A stretch of DNA of 64,000 bases from Minisyncoccota bacterium (GCA_041389085.1 JAWKSL010000001.1:102765-166764), one strand, 5' to 3'. Numbered from the stretch's first letter, positions 18,458 through 28,444 are shown. The notes: generated from the sequence alone by a model not told the origin. Numbers and translations: made by a program.

Positions 18458-18591
18458 AGACAGGGGAGTGGGTTTTTAAAAAAATTGCGCGAAGAGTTCG
18501 CAGTGTACGTGTTTGCTGCTTTTCACTTGCCATTTCTTTGAAATCATTGCATTATTCTCTCACCCCTAATTTCAGGGTGGAGGTCTTTCAT

Positions 18592-19518
18592 ATGGATAGG
18601 ACGGCTTTGTTTGATTTTGCCTTGGAGGAACTCATTACTGCCTTCGACCAGGGGTTGATGCTTCTGGTAGTTGGCGGCAGAAGCACAAACCTGTCCGCAG
18701 AAATGAGAGACGGTCAAAACATCGTGTGGCTTGGTAGCACCGACGCTGCGTCCATGGGTGCAAATAGCATCCCCGAGCGAGTCGGAGTGGTGCTTTTCCT
18801 TCGCTTCATTGATCATAAGCTTTTTGAGCGGTTGCGTGCCGACGCCGATCGCAAGAAGATAAGCTTCCTGGGGCCATTTGGCACCGGAGAGCTTCGCAAG
18901 CTCTACTCCCAGGCTCGCAAGGCCCTGGAGAGCGAGAGTAGCGAGTGCGAGGACGCACATGATTATGAGGCGACTCAGAGGAAGGACTACTCTGGGTTGG
19001 TAGCGGCCATTTTTGACCGCGTGAAGACTGAGGATCTCTCGGAAGAACGCCTCGAGGACACATCCTTCTTGAAGGCTCTGGCCGAGGAACTAAGTATCAG
19101 CTGGCCCTCTCTCTCGCTTAAGCGGACAAGGCGGGTGTTTAGAAGCTGCCTTATCACACTTGAGGTGATAAACCCGGTGCAAACAAGCGAAGAGCAGGTA
19201 GAGGAGGCAGAGGCGCAGACTCGCTCGGAAAGCGAAGAAGTCGCAAAACTCAAGAGAGAGGTTGCTCGTCTTCAGCAGAAGCTCTCAGATGCGACCGCGC
19301 TTGCCAACAAGAGGCATGGCGAGAACTCCAAGCTTATTGGTCAAAACAAGAGCCTGCGAAGGAGGATGCAGGCCCTGCGCACAGAGCTCGCCAAGGCAGA
19401 AGATGCCCAGGCGATAGCAATCGAGATGATGGATAGATTCCCTGTGCTGAGGCTTCTCCTCAGCGATCAGGGAAACGAGGCTGTGCCTCCAGCTGAAGCC
19501 AGTTCTCGTCCTTACTAG
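18592..19518 (+). CDS. hypothetical protein with C-terminal coiled coil (island E)
   Basis: GGTGGAGG upstream of ATG; heptad-rich C-term. Confidence 0.5.
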   Translation: MDRTALFDFALEELITAFDQGLMLLVVGGRSTNLSAEMRDGQNIVWLGSTDAASMGANSIPERVGVVLFLRFIDHKLFERLRADADRKKISFLGPFGTGELRKLYSQARKALESESSECEDAHDYEATQRKDYSGLVAAIFDRVKTEDLSEERLEDTSFLKALAEELSISWPSLSLKRTRRVFRSCLITLEVINPVQTSEEQVEEAEAQTRSESEEVAKLKREVARLQQKLSDATALANKRHGENSKLIGQNKSLRRRMQALRTELAKAEDAQAIAIEMMDRFPVLRLLLSDQGNEAVPPAEASSRPY

Positions 19519-19523
19519 CGAGA

Positions 19524-19563
19524 GCGCTGGTGGCAGCAATGCCACTGGCGCTCAATTTTTTAT
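19524..19563 (+). terminator. intrinsic terminator
   Basis: gcgctggtggcagcaatgccactggcgc + ttttttat. Confidence 0.6.
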
Positions 19564-19620
19564 AAAAATCAAACGGCGCGGGCTTCCTTGCGGATGCTCG
19601 CGCCGAATGGCGTTGTGGGG

Positions 19621-20319
19621 TTACCGGCCGGGTATGGCGGGCGGGCGAAAGCTCATGTCGCCAGCTGCCATACTCAGTGCAGCTTGGAAGCCCTTGAGGA
19701 AGGTGTCTACCTCCCCTTCGGTGCGCAAGGTCTCGGTCCAGGTTGCCTTCGGTGTCTCGACAGTGACGTGGTAGACGGTTACCTTGGGGTCTTGCGCCAC
19801 ATGGATTGCCAAAAGGGTGATCTTGCCCTGAGGGCCAGTGGCAGGAAGATCGTCGACTGTGTTGAAGGCGGCTTCTGTGCTGAAGTTCTCAGGGTAATCG
19901 ACACCCTCGATTGAGGCGGTCGGCATTCCCGTGCCCCACTCAGCAACGTAGGCGTCGACTTCCTCCTGAGTGAAGGTGGGTCTGCCGCCTACCATCCGGT
20001 AGACGACCTTCTCTTGTCTCATGGCCGCCAACAGCTCTTCTTCTTCCATTCCGGTCTTGCGCAAGACCTCGTCGAAGCTCAGACGACTTGGCTGCTCAAA
20101 GTAGTCAACGCCCTCGATTGAGGCGGTAGGCACACAGATCGTAGGCTTCCCCGCCAGGTAGGCGTCGATGTCGGACTGCAGGAACTTCATCTGCCCGCCC
20201 TCGCGCCACACACGAATCTTGCGCTCTTTGATCAGCGCCTCGAGGCCTTCCTCATCGGTGCTCAGCAGGCGCAGGGCCGCGTCGAAGCTCACAAACTCTG
20301 ACTTCTCTTGTCCACTCAC
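19621..20319 (-). CDS. protein with two tandem excisionase-like HTH domains (island E)
   Basis: internal ~65 aa repeat, both ending PTASIEGVDY; resembles MerR/Xis-type HTH_17. Confidence 0.45.
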   Translation of the reverse strand: MSGQEKSEFVSFDAALRLLSTDEEGLEALIKERKIRVWREGGQMKFLQSDIDAYLAGKPTICVPTASIEGVDYFEQPSRLSFDEVLRKTGMEEEELLAAMRQEKVVYRMVGGRPTFTQEEVDAYVAEWGTGMPTASIEGVDYPENFSTEAAFNTVDDLPATGPQGKITLLAIHVAQDPKVTVYHVTVETPKATWTETLRTEGEVDTFLKGFQAALSMAAGDMSFRPPAIPGR

Positions 20320-20586
20320 GATGCTCTCCTGTTCTCCTTCCCCATAGGAAGGGCTGGTTGTACTAAAAGGAAGCCTAGCGTACTCGCTTGGCTATTTCAA
20401 ATTTTTACTAGATTCCTCCGATTGTTCCCTCGAATCCAGCTTGTAGGCCCCAGCGTATTAAAAAGTAGAGGGCTATTAGAAGAATTGCTCCGCCGATAAT
20501 CTTTTTTAGCATGTATTTGTAGTAGGATTTTGTTTTATTAGGCAATCAGTTAGGGGGCTTTCCAGCCGAAGTGTGGAGGGTCCTGC

Positions 20587-21531
20587 TTATTCGAACTCTA
20601 TTGTTTCGATTCGAAGTGCATATTTATCTTCAAGCTGGTTATGGAATTTAGCCTTCTCTTCCCCGGAAGAATTTTGGTAGTCCTCATTACCAAAGAGCTC
20701 GCTATATCTATATGGAAAGGAGTATACCTGATATGTTCCCCACTCTGGATGGTTGTAAGTTTTAGGTTCCGGCAACGGATAAACTTTGTACTCCAAGGTG
20801 TGGTTATTTATCCAGCGGATTGGAATCCTTTCATGACCCGATAATTCACTCTCGCTGAATACCATCGTTTCTCCTTTGCCTAGCAAAATATCTCTTTCTA
20901 TAGAATTTGTTTGCATGTTAAACACTAGTAGCCTGTCGTATTTCGTATTTCCGTTTAACTTTATTGCAACACGATTGCCATCTGGCGAATAAATAAAAGC
21001 ATTCCAATAGATAGTGGTGTTGTCTGGATTTAATTTCTTTAACTTCCCTGATTCTGTGTTAAAGCTATACAGATAGACTGGGAAAAGTGCATCGGTACCC
21101 CCATTAAATCTGGATGCCCTTAAATAGAGGTTATTGTTTATGGGTGTTACCCCGGCACTGTCGGTGCTTATTAGAAAAAAGCTAGAAACATTTGGATTTG
21201 GAACTTCCTCTCCGTAGAGCTCAACTACTTTTTGAGAAAGATTTTCAAGCAAGACAAACTTTTCTCCATTTGCATTGTAATATACAAGAGATTGTGATTC
21301 TGGAGGCGCAAAGGTATTATTCGGCAATGGGTAAACAGACTCTATCTTGTAGCTATTAAGGTCTGCTGGTTGCTCAACGACTGGATTTGTTAAGGTGCTG
21401 TCTTCTTCCGGGGCTTTTGGTATATCTTGCGCGCTTTCTGAATCAGAAATTTCCCTTGACGTATTGCTCAGGGTAAAATATGTGGCGCCTACTAAAACAA
21501 CGATTACCGCACCTATGATTATTTTCTTCAT
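20587..21531 (-). CDS. secreted/membrane-anchored hypothetical protein
   Basis: N-terminal TM; no motif. Confidence 0.5.
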   Translation of the reverse strand: MKKIIIGAVIVVLVGATYFTLSNTSREISDSESAQDIPKAPEEDSTLTNPVVEQPADLNSYKIESVYPLPNNTFAPPESQSLVYYNANGEKFVLLENLSQKVVELYGEEVPNPNVSSFFLISTDSAGVTPINNNLYLRASRFNGGTDALFPVYLYSFNTESGKLKKLNPDNTTIYWNAFIYSPDGNRVAIKLNGNTKYDRLLVFNMQTNSIERDILLGKGETMVFSESELSGHERIPIRWINNHTLEYKVYPLPEPKTYNHPEWGTYQVYSFPYRYSELFGNEDYQNSSGEEKAKFHNQLEDKYALRIETIEFE

Positions 21532-21613
21532 GCTAAAACTATACCCTTCACGCAGGAGGTGGGCAAGATCTAAAGAATTGGCAACTACCTCCCTAATGAA
21601 CCAGGGAAATGAT

Positions 21614-24580
21614 TTATCTTATGCTTCTTGAAAGTTCGCAGTAGCTACAATCAGCCTCATTACAGGTTTTATCCCAAAAGCTGAGATTTAGTATTTCTTC
21701 TGCTACCTTCTTAACTTGGTTCTGAAGCTCCCCTGCTTGGGCTTCTGATATTGAAAACTGGTGGCGCACGTGCCTACCCTTATTATCTGGCTCGACAAAG
21801 TCTATTTCCCCTGTGCGCATCTTGAAACGCGGGGTAGGTTTCCCGCCATCAGTTCCACTGGGCGAGGTTTGCGCTTCTGTTAGATAGTTATCTAACAGAA
21901 GCTTATACAACACGAGCTGGCGGTGGTAGTCGCCGGTAGAGCTTTTTGTTTTACCCTGCAGCACGTGTGCGCTCTTTGGTTTGCCTGTTTTGTAGTCGAC
22001 TACGTTGCACTCATTTGTATCTGGATTTATCTCTATCTTGTCTATCTTCCCGTTTAGCGAAAATTCTTGGCCTGAATCTGTTTGCATCGACACATGCTTT
22101 ACGTTGAACTCATATAAAATATGCTGGCTCCAGCTTTTTGAATTTGCGTCGAAATAAATACTGAGCGCCTCTTTACCCTTCTCTAGCAGCTCCTCAAACT
22201 CTGCTTTTGAAAGCGGCTCCTTTTCTAACTCTGTTTCAAACACTGTAAGAAGAAAGGCTTTCTTTGCCGGTTCTCCTTCCTTCACTTTCTCGAGCGTTTT
22301 GTGGAGCGCTTCGTGGATAGCGGTGCCGTAGCTCATGTGTTTTGTCTTTGCTTGTGGAAGGCGCACGAGGTTTTTAAAGAAGAACTGCCACGGGCACTTA
22401 AGGTAGTTGTTGAGCGCGGTAACTGAAAGGCCGCGAGAGAGAAAGAGCTCGTTTAAAAACTCTTTTTCTCCTTGCCCTATTCCGCGCGCAACTATTTTTG
22501 AGGGGCTAAACAAAATGTCTTTCTCTTTTTTGAAAGCTTCTTCGAGCTTAGTTGTATCTACCTCCTTCAGAAGCTCTGCGTCTATTTCGCTTAGATACTG
22601 GCTTGGGAGCTGGTCGCGCTCACTCGCACTCTTTTGCGCATAGCTTATAAGTACTTCTTTGCGCGCTCGCGTAAGGGCTACATAGAAAAGGTTTCTTTCA
22701 TCCTCGTGAGCATCGTCTGTTGTTTGCCCGAGCAGGCTAAATGCCTTTGCGGGGAGCTTAATGTTTTCTTTCTTCTTCCTGTTTCCCCAGTGGCCGTCGA
22801 AGGCGTTTGCTATATACACCGTGTCGAATTCCATACCTTTCGACTTGTGTGCCGTCATAAGGCGAACTTTTCCTGCTGACTGCTTTGGAGCTTTCTTGAT
22901 AAGGAGGTCGTGGCTCTTTAGAAGCTCTATGTAGTCGATAAACTGGCTGAGTAAATATTCCTTGTGGTTTGCTACTAGGCTTTTTACTTCGTCGAAAAGC
23001 GCGTTGAGCTTGTCGAGCTTTTCAGCTGCGTTTGGCAGGCTCAGAATATATGGGAGGAAGCCGCTTTCTCGCACTATCTCCTCGAAGAGCTGGGCGAAGT
23101 TTTGGAAGTGGGCCTTGCGCTTCCAGTTTTCAAGCTTCTGGAAGAGCTTATGCATAGACTCTGCAGATTCAAGGCCTAGGTTTTGGAGCGCTCCTGCATC
23201 TTTCAGTAGGTGGAGAACTTTTTTCTTATGCTCTTTGCAGTGGGCTATGGACCGGTAAATGTCGAATGGGGCTATACCAAGAAAGTCTGCGTGCATAAGG
23301 CGGATAAGCGACTCCTCGCTTCCAAGACTGTTTACGCTTTCTAAAAGTAGGAGAAGCTTTTTTATATCTTCATCTTCGAAAATGTTTTGGTCGCTTTCTA
23401 TAAGGAAGGGAATGCCAAACTTTTCAAGCATGTGCGCTATTGGCAGCGCGTCGCGGTTGTCGCGATACAGCACGGCTACTTCGCTTGGGTTTGCGCCTTC
23501 TTTGAGCTTCTTTTGAATAGACTTTGCAAGGAAGTAGTTTTCACTCTCGGCTGTTTCAAGCGCTGTGTAGTAAAGCTGCTTTTCTTGGTGAAGGCTTTGG
23601 GCCTTGAGCTTTATCTTTGGGTCGATACTGCTCTTTTTTACTGCATGTGCCGCATTGAGAATAGTTTGGCTGGAGCGGTAGTTGCTCTCGAGCTTTATTA
23701 GCTCGGCTTCTGGATAAAGCTTTTGGAAATAGAGGAAGTTTTCTAAGCTTGCTCCCTGGAAACGATAAATCGCCTGCTTCTCGTCGCCCACTACGAAAAT
23801 GTTTGGGCTTTTGTGGAAATTCATAAGAAGCTCGAGAATTTTGTTCTGAGCGTTGTTGGTGTCTTGGTGTTCGTCTACTAGCACATAGTGAAAGCTTTCT
23901 TGAAGTTGAAAGAGGAGGTCTTTGTCTTTCTTCAAAACATCAAGAACTTGAATGAGCATGTCGGAGTAATCGTAGAGCTTTTGTTTCTTGAGCTCCTCTT
24001 GGTAGCTCTCGAAAAGATTTGAAAGCTCGTTGTTTTTCTCTATATTTTTGAGCTCCTTTTGATAGACACCTTTCATCTTGCCTTTGTGTGCACCCTTCTC
24101 ATGGTAGAGGTCTTCGATAGAGGCAAAGCTTTTCTCTTCTTCTTTTACTATTTTTCTAAACTCCTCTACAGAGACTGCTTCACGCTTGAGGCTGTTTATG
24201 GACGCCAAAATACTCTTGAGGTAATAGTGTGGGTCGCCAAAAGGTTTGAGCGGGCTTTTGCCTGGAAGCTTTTCTATGAGCTTTTCTAAAATCTGCACCT
24301 GCTCTACTTCGGTAATAGCTCGGCTGCCGATAATCTGCTCAAACTGGTCTGGGTAGTCAAAAATAATTGAGTTTGCAAACGCGTGGAAGGTAGTAATGTT
24401 TACGTAGTAGGCTGGCGATCCTATAAGCTGAGCAAGGCGCTTTTTCATAGAAGCTACTCCGCTTTCGGTAAACGTTATGGCGAGGATATTTTCTGGCTCT
24501 GTATCTGTCTTTTCTAAAATGTTTGCTATACGCAGGGTGAGAATCTGAGTTTTCCCCGTACCCGGACCGGCGATAACCAT
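21614..24580 (-). CDS. UvrD/PcrA-like helicase with C-terminal PD-(D/E)XK nuclease domain
   Basis: Walker A GPGTGKT; C-term VVDYKTGK and Cys cluster CNEADCSYC. Confidence 0.85.
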   Translation of the reverse strand: MVIAGPGTGKTQILTLRIANILEKTDTEPENILAITFTESGVASMKKRLAQLIGSPAYYVNITTFHAFANSIIFDYPDQFEQIIGSRAITEVEQVQILEKLIEKLPGKSPLKPFGDPHYYLKSILASINSLKREAVSVEEFRKIVKEEEKSFASIEDLYHEKGAHKGKMKGVYQKELKNIEKNNELSNLFESYQEELKKQKLYDYSDMLIQVLDVLKKDKDLLFQLQESFHYVLVDEHQDTNNAQNKILELLMNFHKSPNIFVVGDEKQAIYRFQGASLENFLYFQKLYPEAELIKLESNYRSSQTILNAAHAVKKSSIDPKIKLKAQSLHQEKQLYYTALETAESENYFLAKSIQKKLKEGANPSEVAVLYRDNRDALPIAHMLEKFGIPFLIESDQNIFEDEDIKKLLLLLESVNSLGSEESLIRLMHADFLGIAPFDIYRSIAHCKEHKKKVLHLLKDAGALQNLGLESAESMHKLFQKLENWKRKAHFQNFAQLFEEIVRESGFLPYILSLPNAAEKLDKLNALFDEVKSLVANHKEYLLSQFIDYIELLKSHDLLIKKAPKQSAGKVRLMTAHKSKGMEFDTVYIANAFDGHWGNRKKKENIKLPAKAFSLLGQTTDDAHEDERNLFYVALTRARKEVLISYAQKSASERDQLPSQYLSEIDAELLKEVDTTKLEEAFKKEKDILFSPSKIVARGIGQGEKEFLNELFLSRGLSVTALNNYLKCPWQFFFKNLVRLPQAKTKHMSYGTAIHEALHKTLEKVKEGEPAKKAFLLTVFETELEKEPLSKAEFEELLEKGKEALSIYFDANSKSWSQHILYEFNVKHVSMQTDSGQEFSLNGKIDKIEINPDTNECNVVDYKTGKPKSAHVLQGKTKSSTGDYHRQLVLYKLLLDNYLTEAQTSPSGTDGGKPTPRFKMRTGEIDFVEPDNKGRHVRHQFSISEAQAGELQNQVKKVAEEILNLSFWDKTCNEADCSYCELSRSIR

Positions 24581-24853
24581 AACAGGGCCTTCAATAGTAT
24601 CTACGGCTTCTTTCTGCTCAGGATTGAGGCGCTGATATGACTTTTTGAAAATCCATGTGCACTGACCTTATTGTAGCGATACTGAGCTTTTTATGCTATT
24701 TAGATATAAGTTCCTTACTCCTGAGGAGAATCGCTCATGCCTGACGAATGGCTCCTTCACTGCTACTGGCCTTTTCGGAGGCCTCCTGCGTCTTCTTCAT
24801 CGCATTCTGCGCATGTAGCTGGATTGCCCGGAAGCACAAGGAGGAGCGGAAGC

Positions 24854-24958
24854 ATGACTAGCTTCCACTGGTTCTTGGTTGCCGGCTTTGTTCTCATCGC
24901 CGGCTTGGCCATCGCTTTCTGGATCGCGCGCTATAATGAGCGCCGCCCTCCCTGGTAG
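24854..24958 (+). CDS. tiny hydrophobic peptide (34 aa, island F)
   Basis: AAGGAGGAG 8 nt upstream of ATG; single TM helix. Confidence 0.3.
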   Translation: MTSFHWFLVAGFVLIAGLAIAFWIARYNERRPPW

Positions 24959-25032
24959 GAGTGCGGCGCTTGTTCTTTTTTTGATATCTGATATAAAAAG
25001 ATTTCCTTCGCAGTGAGGGAAAGGAGGCATTG

Positions 25033-25182
25033 TGGGGCGAGAGGAACACAATCCCTGGAAGTACTGGACTGGTCTTTTCATCTTTCTCTTCATCGTAACT
25101 CTCCTTGCTTGCTCATGGCGCATTAGTGAGCTCAAGAAGGAGGTAAACAACCTCAAACAGAGGTTTAGCGTGGGGCGCTAGG
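25033..25182 (+). CDS. tiny membrane peptide (49 aa, island F)
   Basis: AGGAGG upstream of GTG; TM helix; terminator follows. Confidence 0.3.
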
Positions 25183-25223
25183 GCGCTTTCGATCTCGATC
25201 GAAGGCGCCTCAAATATTTTTTA
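25183..25223 (+). terminator. intrinsic terminator
   Basis: ggcgctttcgatctcgatcgaaggcgcc + tcaaatatttttt. Confidence 0.6.
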
Positions 25224-25244
25224 GAAAGCTTTTTGTTATTTTCT

Positions 25245-26308
25245 TTATTTGACTATAGTTTTCAGCTTCCATGAGCTTAATGCGGAGCTTTTTGCACCGT
25301 CAAAGTCTGAGCAGTAGGCTTTGTAGTGCTTTTTCATATAATCGAAGTTTTTGAGCCAGTCTTTAGCTTTTAGCTTTGCGGGCTCGCTCTTTCTTTTTTT
25401 CCTTTCTGGCCCGTAAGTTTTTACATAGAGCTTTGTGTGCTCAAGCATTATCTTGAGCTGCTTTTTTAGACTTGGTTTGTATGGCTGCCCGATGCGCCCG
25501 TGACGGACGTGGTTTCTCACCGTGAAAAACCACGGCTTGCCGAAGATGCCTCGGCCTACCATAGTTCCGTCTGCGCCAAACTCTTCGCAGAGCTCACCAG
25601 CCTGACTCAAAGTTTCTACATCTCCATTTCCAAGCAATACTGGGCGCTCGCTTTCAGGAAGCTTATTTACGAGCTCGCGCATAGCGCGCATACGGCTCCA
25701 GTCTGCTGGTACTTTGCTCATTTGCTTTCTGGTTCTTAGGTGCATGATTATAGCAGCTGGGCGCGCTTCAAGGAGGTGAGCCATCCACTCTTCGAGAACG
25801 TCTGTGTTGTAGCCCATGCGCGTCTTTACTGAAACGGGAAGGTTTGGTGCTCCCTTTTTTGTAGCTAGAATAATGGCCTTTGCTCTTTCTGGGTCTTTTA
25901 TAAGTGCTGAGCCTGCGCCACTTTTCTCTACCCCTTGTCTGGGCAGCCCATGTTTATATCGATGCCGTCGAAAACTCCTGCCTCTTGTATTTGCCTTGCC
26001 ACTTTTTCAAACTGCTCCGGTTTTGAGCCGAAAATTTGAGCTACTGTTGGCGCGTGCTTATCGAGCTTATAAAAATCTACGAGTGCTATGTCTCTTCCTT
26101 CAGAAAGAAGCGCCTCTACTGAAACAAACTCTGTCCAGGCAACATATCTCTCGACATGCTCGAGATTGTGCTTAGCTCCTCTACGACACTGTGTGCAGGA
26201 GTACTTAGCGATAATGGCACGAAAAACCGCGTCGGTAACGTTTGCCATCGGCGCGAGTGCGAGTATTGGTGTTTTTAGCTCCTTCCAAAAATTTTTAGTC
26301 GTCGTCAT
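25245..26308 (-). pseudogene. dus: tRNA-dihydrouridine synthase with one frameshift
   Basis: N-term LAPMANVTD..DINMGCP (25928-26308) and C-term MVGRGIFGKPWFF (25245-25817); missing middle KSGAGSALIKDPE readable in shifted frame; shift near cccagacaagggg ~25925-25935. Confidence 0.7.
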
Positions 26309-27365
26309 CTCTCCTCTTAAATATCATTCTCAAAAGCCACTTGAGGATAAAGTAGATAAAGACGAGAAGCAAGGCGTAGAAGAGCCACTTTATCTTAAAG
26401 ATAAAGTACATAAGTGAGATAAAAAGTAAGTAGGCCCTTTTGAGCGCGCCGCGTTCTGAACCTTTTATTTGCAACTGCTGCTCATCTTCAGCTCCTGATG
26501 TTTGGCTTTCACTCTTAGTTGTACTTATAACCTTGCTTTCTGTTTCTTCAATTTCTGCCTTGAGCTTCTGGCGAACTCCAGCTAAAGACTCTGCCTGCTT
26601 TTGCGCAAAGTCTTCGAGCTTTTCGTAAACTGTTTTTGCAACCTGCTTGGCCGTTGCCGCTCCCCCATCTTCTACGACCGGAGCTTCCTCCGCTACCTTT
26701 TCTTCTTCCACAAACTCAGACTCTCTTGCTGAGAGCGGGTTTGCGTCGTGACCGTCGAGAACGTCGTCGTTGTCGCTATCTGGGTCGAGCGGGTTTGTGC
26801 CCTTTTCCTCTTCTTCTTTATCGCTCAGACCATCTTGGTCGGTGTCTTTGTTTTTCGGATCAGTTCCTAGCTCTTCCTCTTTTTTATCGGTAAGGCCGTC
26901 GCCATCGTCGTCTTGGTCTTCCTTGTCTCCTACGCCGTCTCCATCAGTATCGAAGTCTACATCGAAAGACTCCTCAGCTGTTTTTGCGTTTACTGCTATA
27001 ACAAAGGCATTTGGATCGTCTGCTAGATATGCCTTCTTTATACGAGCTGTTAGTGTATGCTCCCCACTCGCAACTTTCCAATCTACCTGTACTTGCGCGA
27101 GCTGACCTGCTGGCGCTTTGAACTCGATTGTTCCAATACTCTTACTGTTGTCGAAAAACTCTACTTCACCTTTTATTTCCTGATCTTCACTATTAAAGAC
27201 TGCTGAATAAATAGTGATTGTTTGGTTAGCAAAAAATGGCGTTTGGGAGTACCAAATGTTTCTATCTATAATTCCAAAGTTCTTTTCCTCTTGGCTTTGA
27301 GCTCCTGCTGCAAGCGGCACTATTGTTAGAAGGGCAGCGCAGAACAAGAGGGCTTTATTCCTCAT
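26295..27365 (-). CDS. secreted protein with thrombospondin type-3-like Ca-binding repeats and C-terminal TM
   Basis: signal peptide; DTDGDGVGD / DDDGDGLTD / DQDGLSD repeats. Confidence 0.55.
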   Translation of the reverse strand: MRNKALLFCAALLTIVPLAAGAQSQEEKNFGIIDRNIWYSQTPFFANQTITIYSAVFNSEDQEIKGEVEFFDNSKSIGTIEFKAPAGQLAQVQVDWKVASGEHTLTARIKKAYLADDPNAFVIAVNAKTAEESFDVDFDTDGDGVGDKEDQDDDGDGLTDKKEEELGTDPKNKDTDQDGLSDKEEEEKGTNPLDPDSDNDDVLDGHDANPLSARESEFVEEEKVAEEAPVVEDGGAATAKQVAKTVYEKLEDFAQKQAESLAGVRQKLKAEIEETESKVISTTKSESQTSGAEDEQQLQIKGSERGALKRAYLLFISLMYFIFKIKWLFYALLLVFIYFILKWLLRMIFKRRDDDD

Positions 27366-27412
27366 ACTTCTATTATAAAGAAAAATAAGCCTTTCGGCTT
27401 ATTTTTCTTCAC

Positions 27413-27646
27413 TTAGAGCTGACTTGCGTCTTGATCGTAGTCTTGAAACTCGGTTTCAAGATCTGTTTGATTGAGCCCTTCGAGCTCTGCTTCCATTGAA
27501 GCTGCACTGTCATCTTCTGGGCCTGGGACTTCACCTACTTCTTCCATTTGCTCGATTGAGCCTGCCCCATCCTTGTCTGCTACAAATATCCAGTAGCCAA
27601 GGAAGATAAGAATTATGATAACAATGACGATTGTGGCTTTCTTCAT
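27413..27646 (-). CDS. small acidic membrane-anchored protein
   Basis: N-terminal TM. Confidence 0.4.
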   Translation of the reverse strand: MKKATIVIVIIILIFLGYWIFVADKDGAGSIEQMEEVGEVPGPEDDSAASMEAELEGLNQTDLETEFQDYDQDASQL

Positions 27647-27694
27647 TGGTTATTTTGCTAATACATTTATATTAGCTTTATTATAGCAGTTTCT

Positions 27695-28444
27695 TTATTC
27701 GTCTGCAGAGTCGTCTTCTGCATCCTTCACAAGCTCAACTGCTGTACGAAGCTTTTCTCGTGCGTTTTCAATATCTTGCTTTACCGCTTCAAGGTCTTCG
27801 TGCATTTTTGCCTTGAGTTCAAGCGCTGCATCTACTGATGCATCTTCACTTTCAACATCGAGCTCGTAGGTCATTTCTGCCTGCGCGTCTACTGACGCTT
27901 GTGCTGCATCGATGGCTTCTTCAGCTGCCTGAATTTCTTCATCTGCATCTACCCCCAGCTCATCTGCCTTGTTTTCTACGCGGGTAAGAATTTCGCGCAT
28001 TTTTGTGAGCTGCTCGGTCCAGTGTGTTGTAACTCGAGCATTTATGTCCTCAGCGCGGTCGATAAGGCGAAGGAGAATTTCTGCCTTCTTTTCGTCGCTA
28101 AAGTTTTCAAGGCGCTCCTTTAGGTTTTCTTTGTGCTCTTCCCACTTTTCGCGAGCTGCCTCCATGCGATCTTTGAACTCACCCACTATTTCTTGGTGGC
28201 GCTCCTTAAAATCTTCCTTTCTCTCTTCCCAGAGGTCTTTCATTTCTCCTCTGTGCTCTTCCATGAACTCTTTACGCTCTTCTCTGTTTTCTTCCATATG
28301 CTCTTTGCGCTCCTCCATAGCGTCTTTTCGCTCTTGGCGAACTTCAGCGCGAAGGTCTGCATTTACATCTGTTTGAGCAAATGCTGCTAGTGGCGTAAAT
28401 GCCATAAGCGCAGCAAGTGATGTAGTAACTATTCGTTTGTCCAT
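27695..28444 (-). CDS. secreted highly charged coiled-coil protein
   Basis: signal peptide; E/K/R-rich repeats. Confidence 0.5.
   Translation of the reverse strand: MDKRIVTTSLAALMAFTPLAAFAQTDVNADLRAEVRQERKDAMEERKEHMEENREERKEFMEEHRGEMKDLWEERKEDFKERHQEIVGEFKDRMEAAREKWEEHKENLKERLENFSDEKKAEILLRLIDRAEDINARVTTHWTEQLTKMREILTRVENKADELGVDADEEIQAAEEAIDAAQASVDAQAEMTYELDVESEDASVDAALELKAKMHEDLEAVKQDIENAREKLRTAVELVKDAEDDSADE

Noticed and set aside
20400-20512. Possible tRNA fragment (GATTGTTCCCTCGAATCC) and a 34 aa membrane peptide ORF in the 20320-20586 gap
   Set aside because: No TTC T-loop or acceptor pairing could be built. The peptide ORF lacks an RBS, so it was left unannotated.
24797-25156. 119 aa minus-strand ORF, and many other 60-150 aa ORFs inside GC-rich islands (e.g. 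7130..7447, 7693..8073, 13308..13771, 15967..16416, 28754..29013, 31270..31665)
   Set aside because: GC-rich sequence has long open frames on all strands. These overlap RBS-supported ORFs and have no start-site signals.
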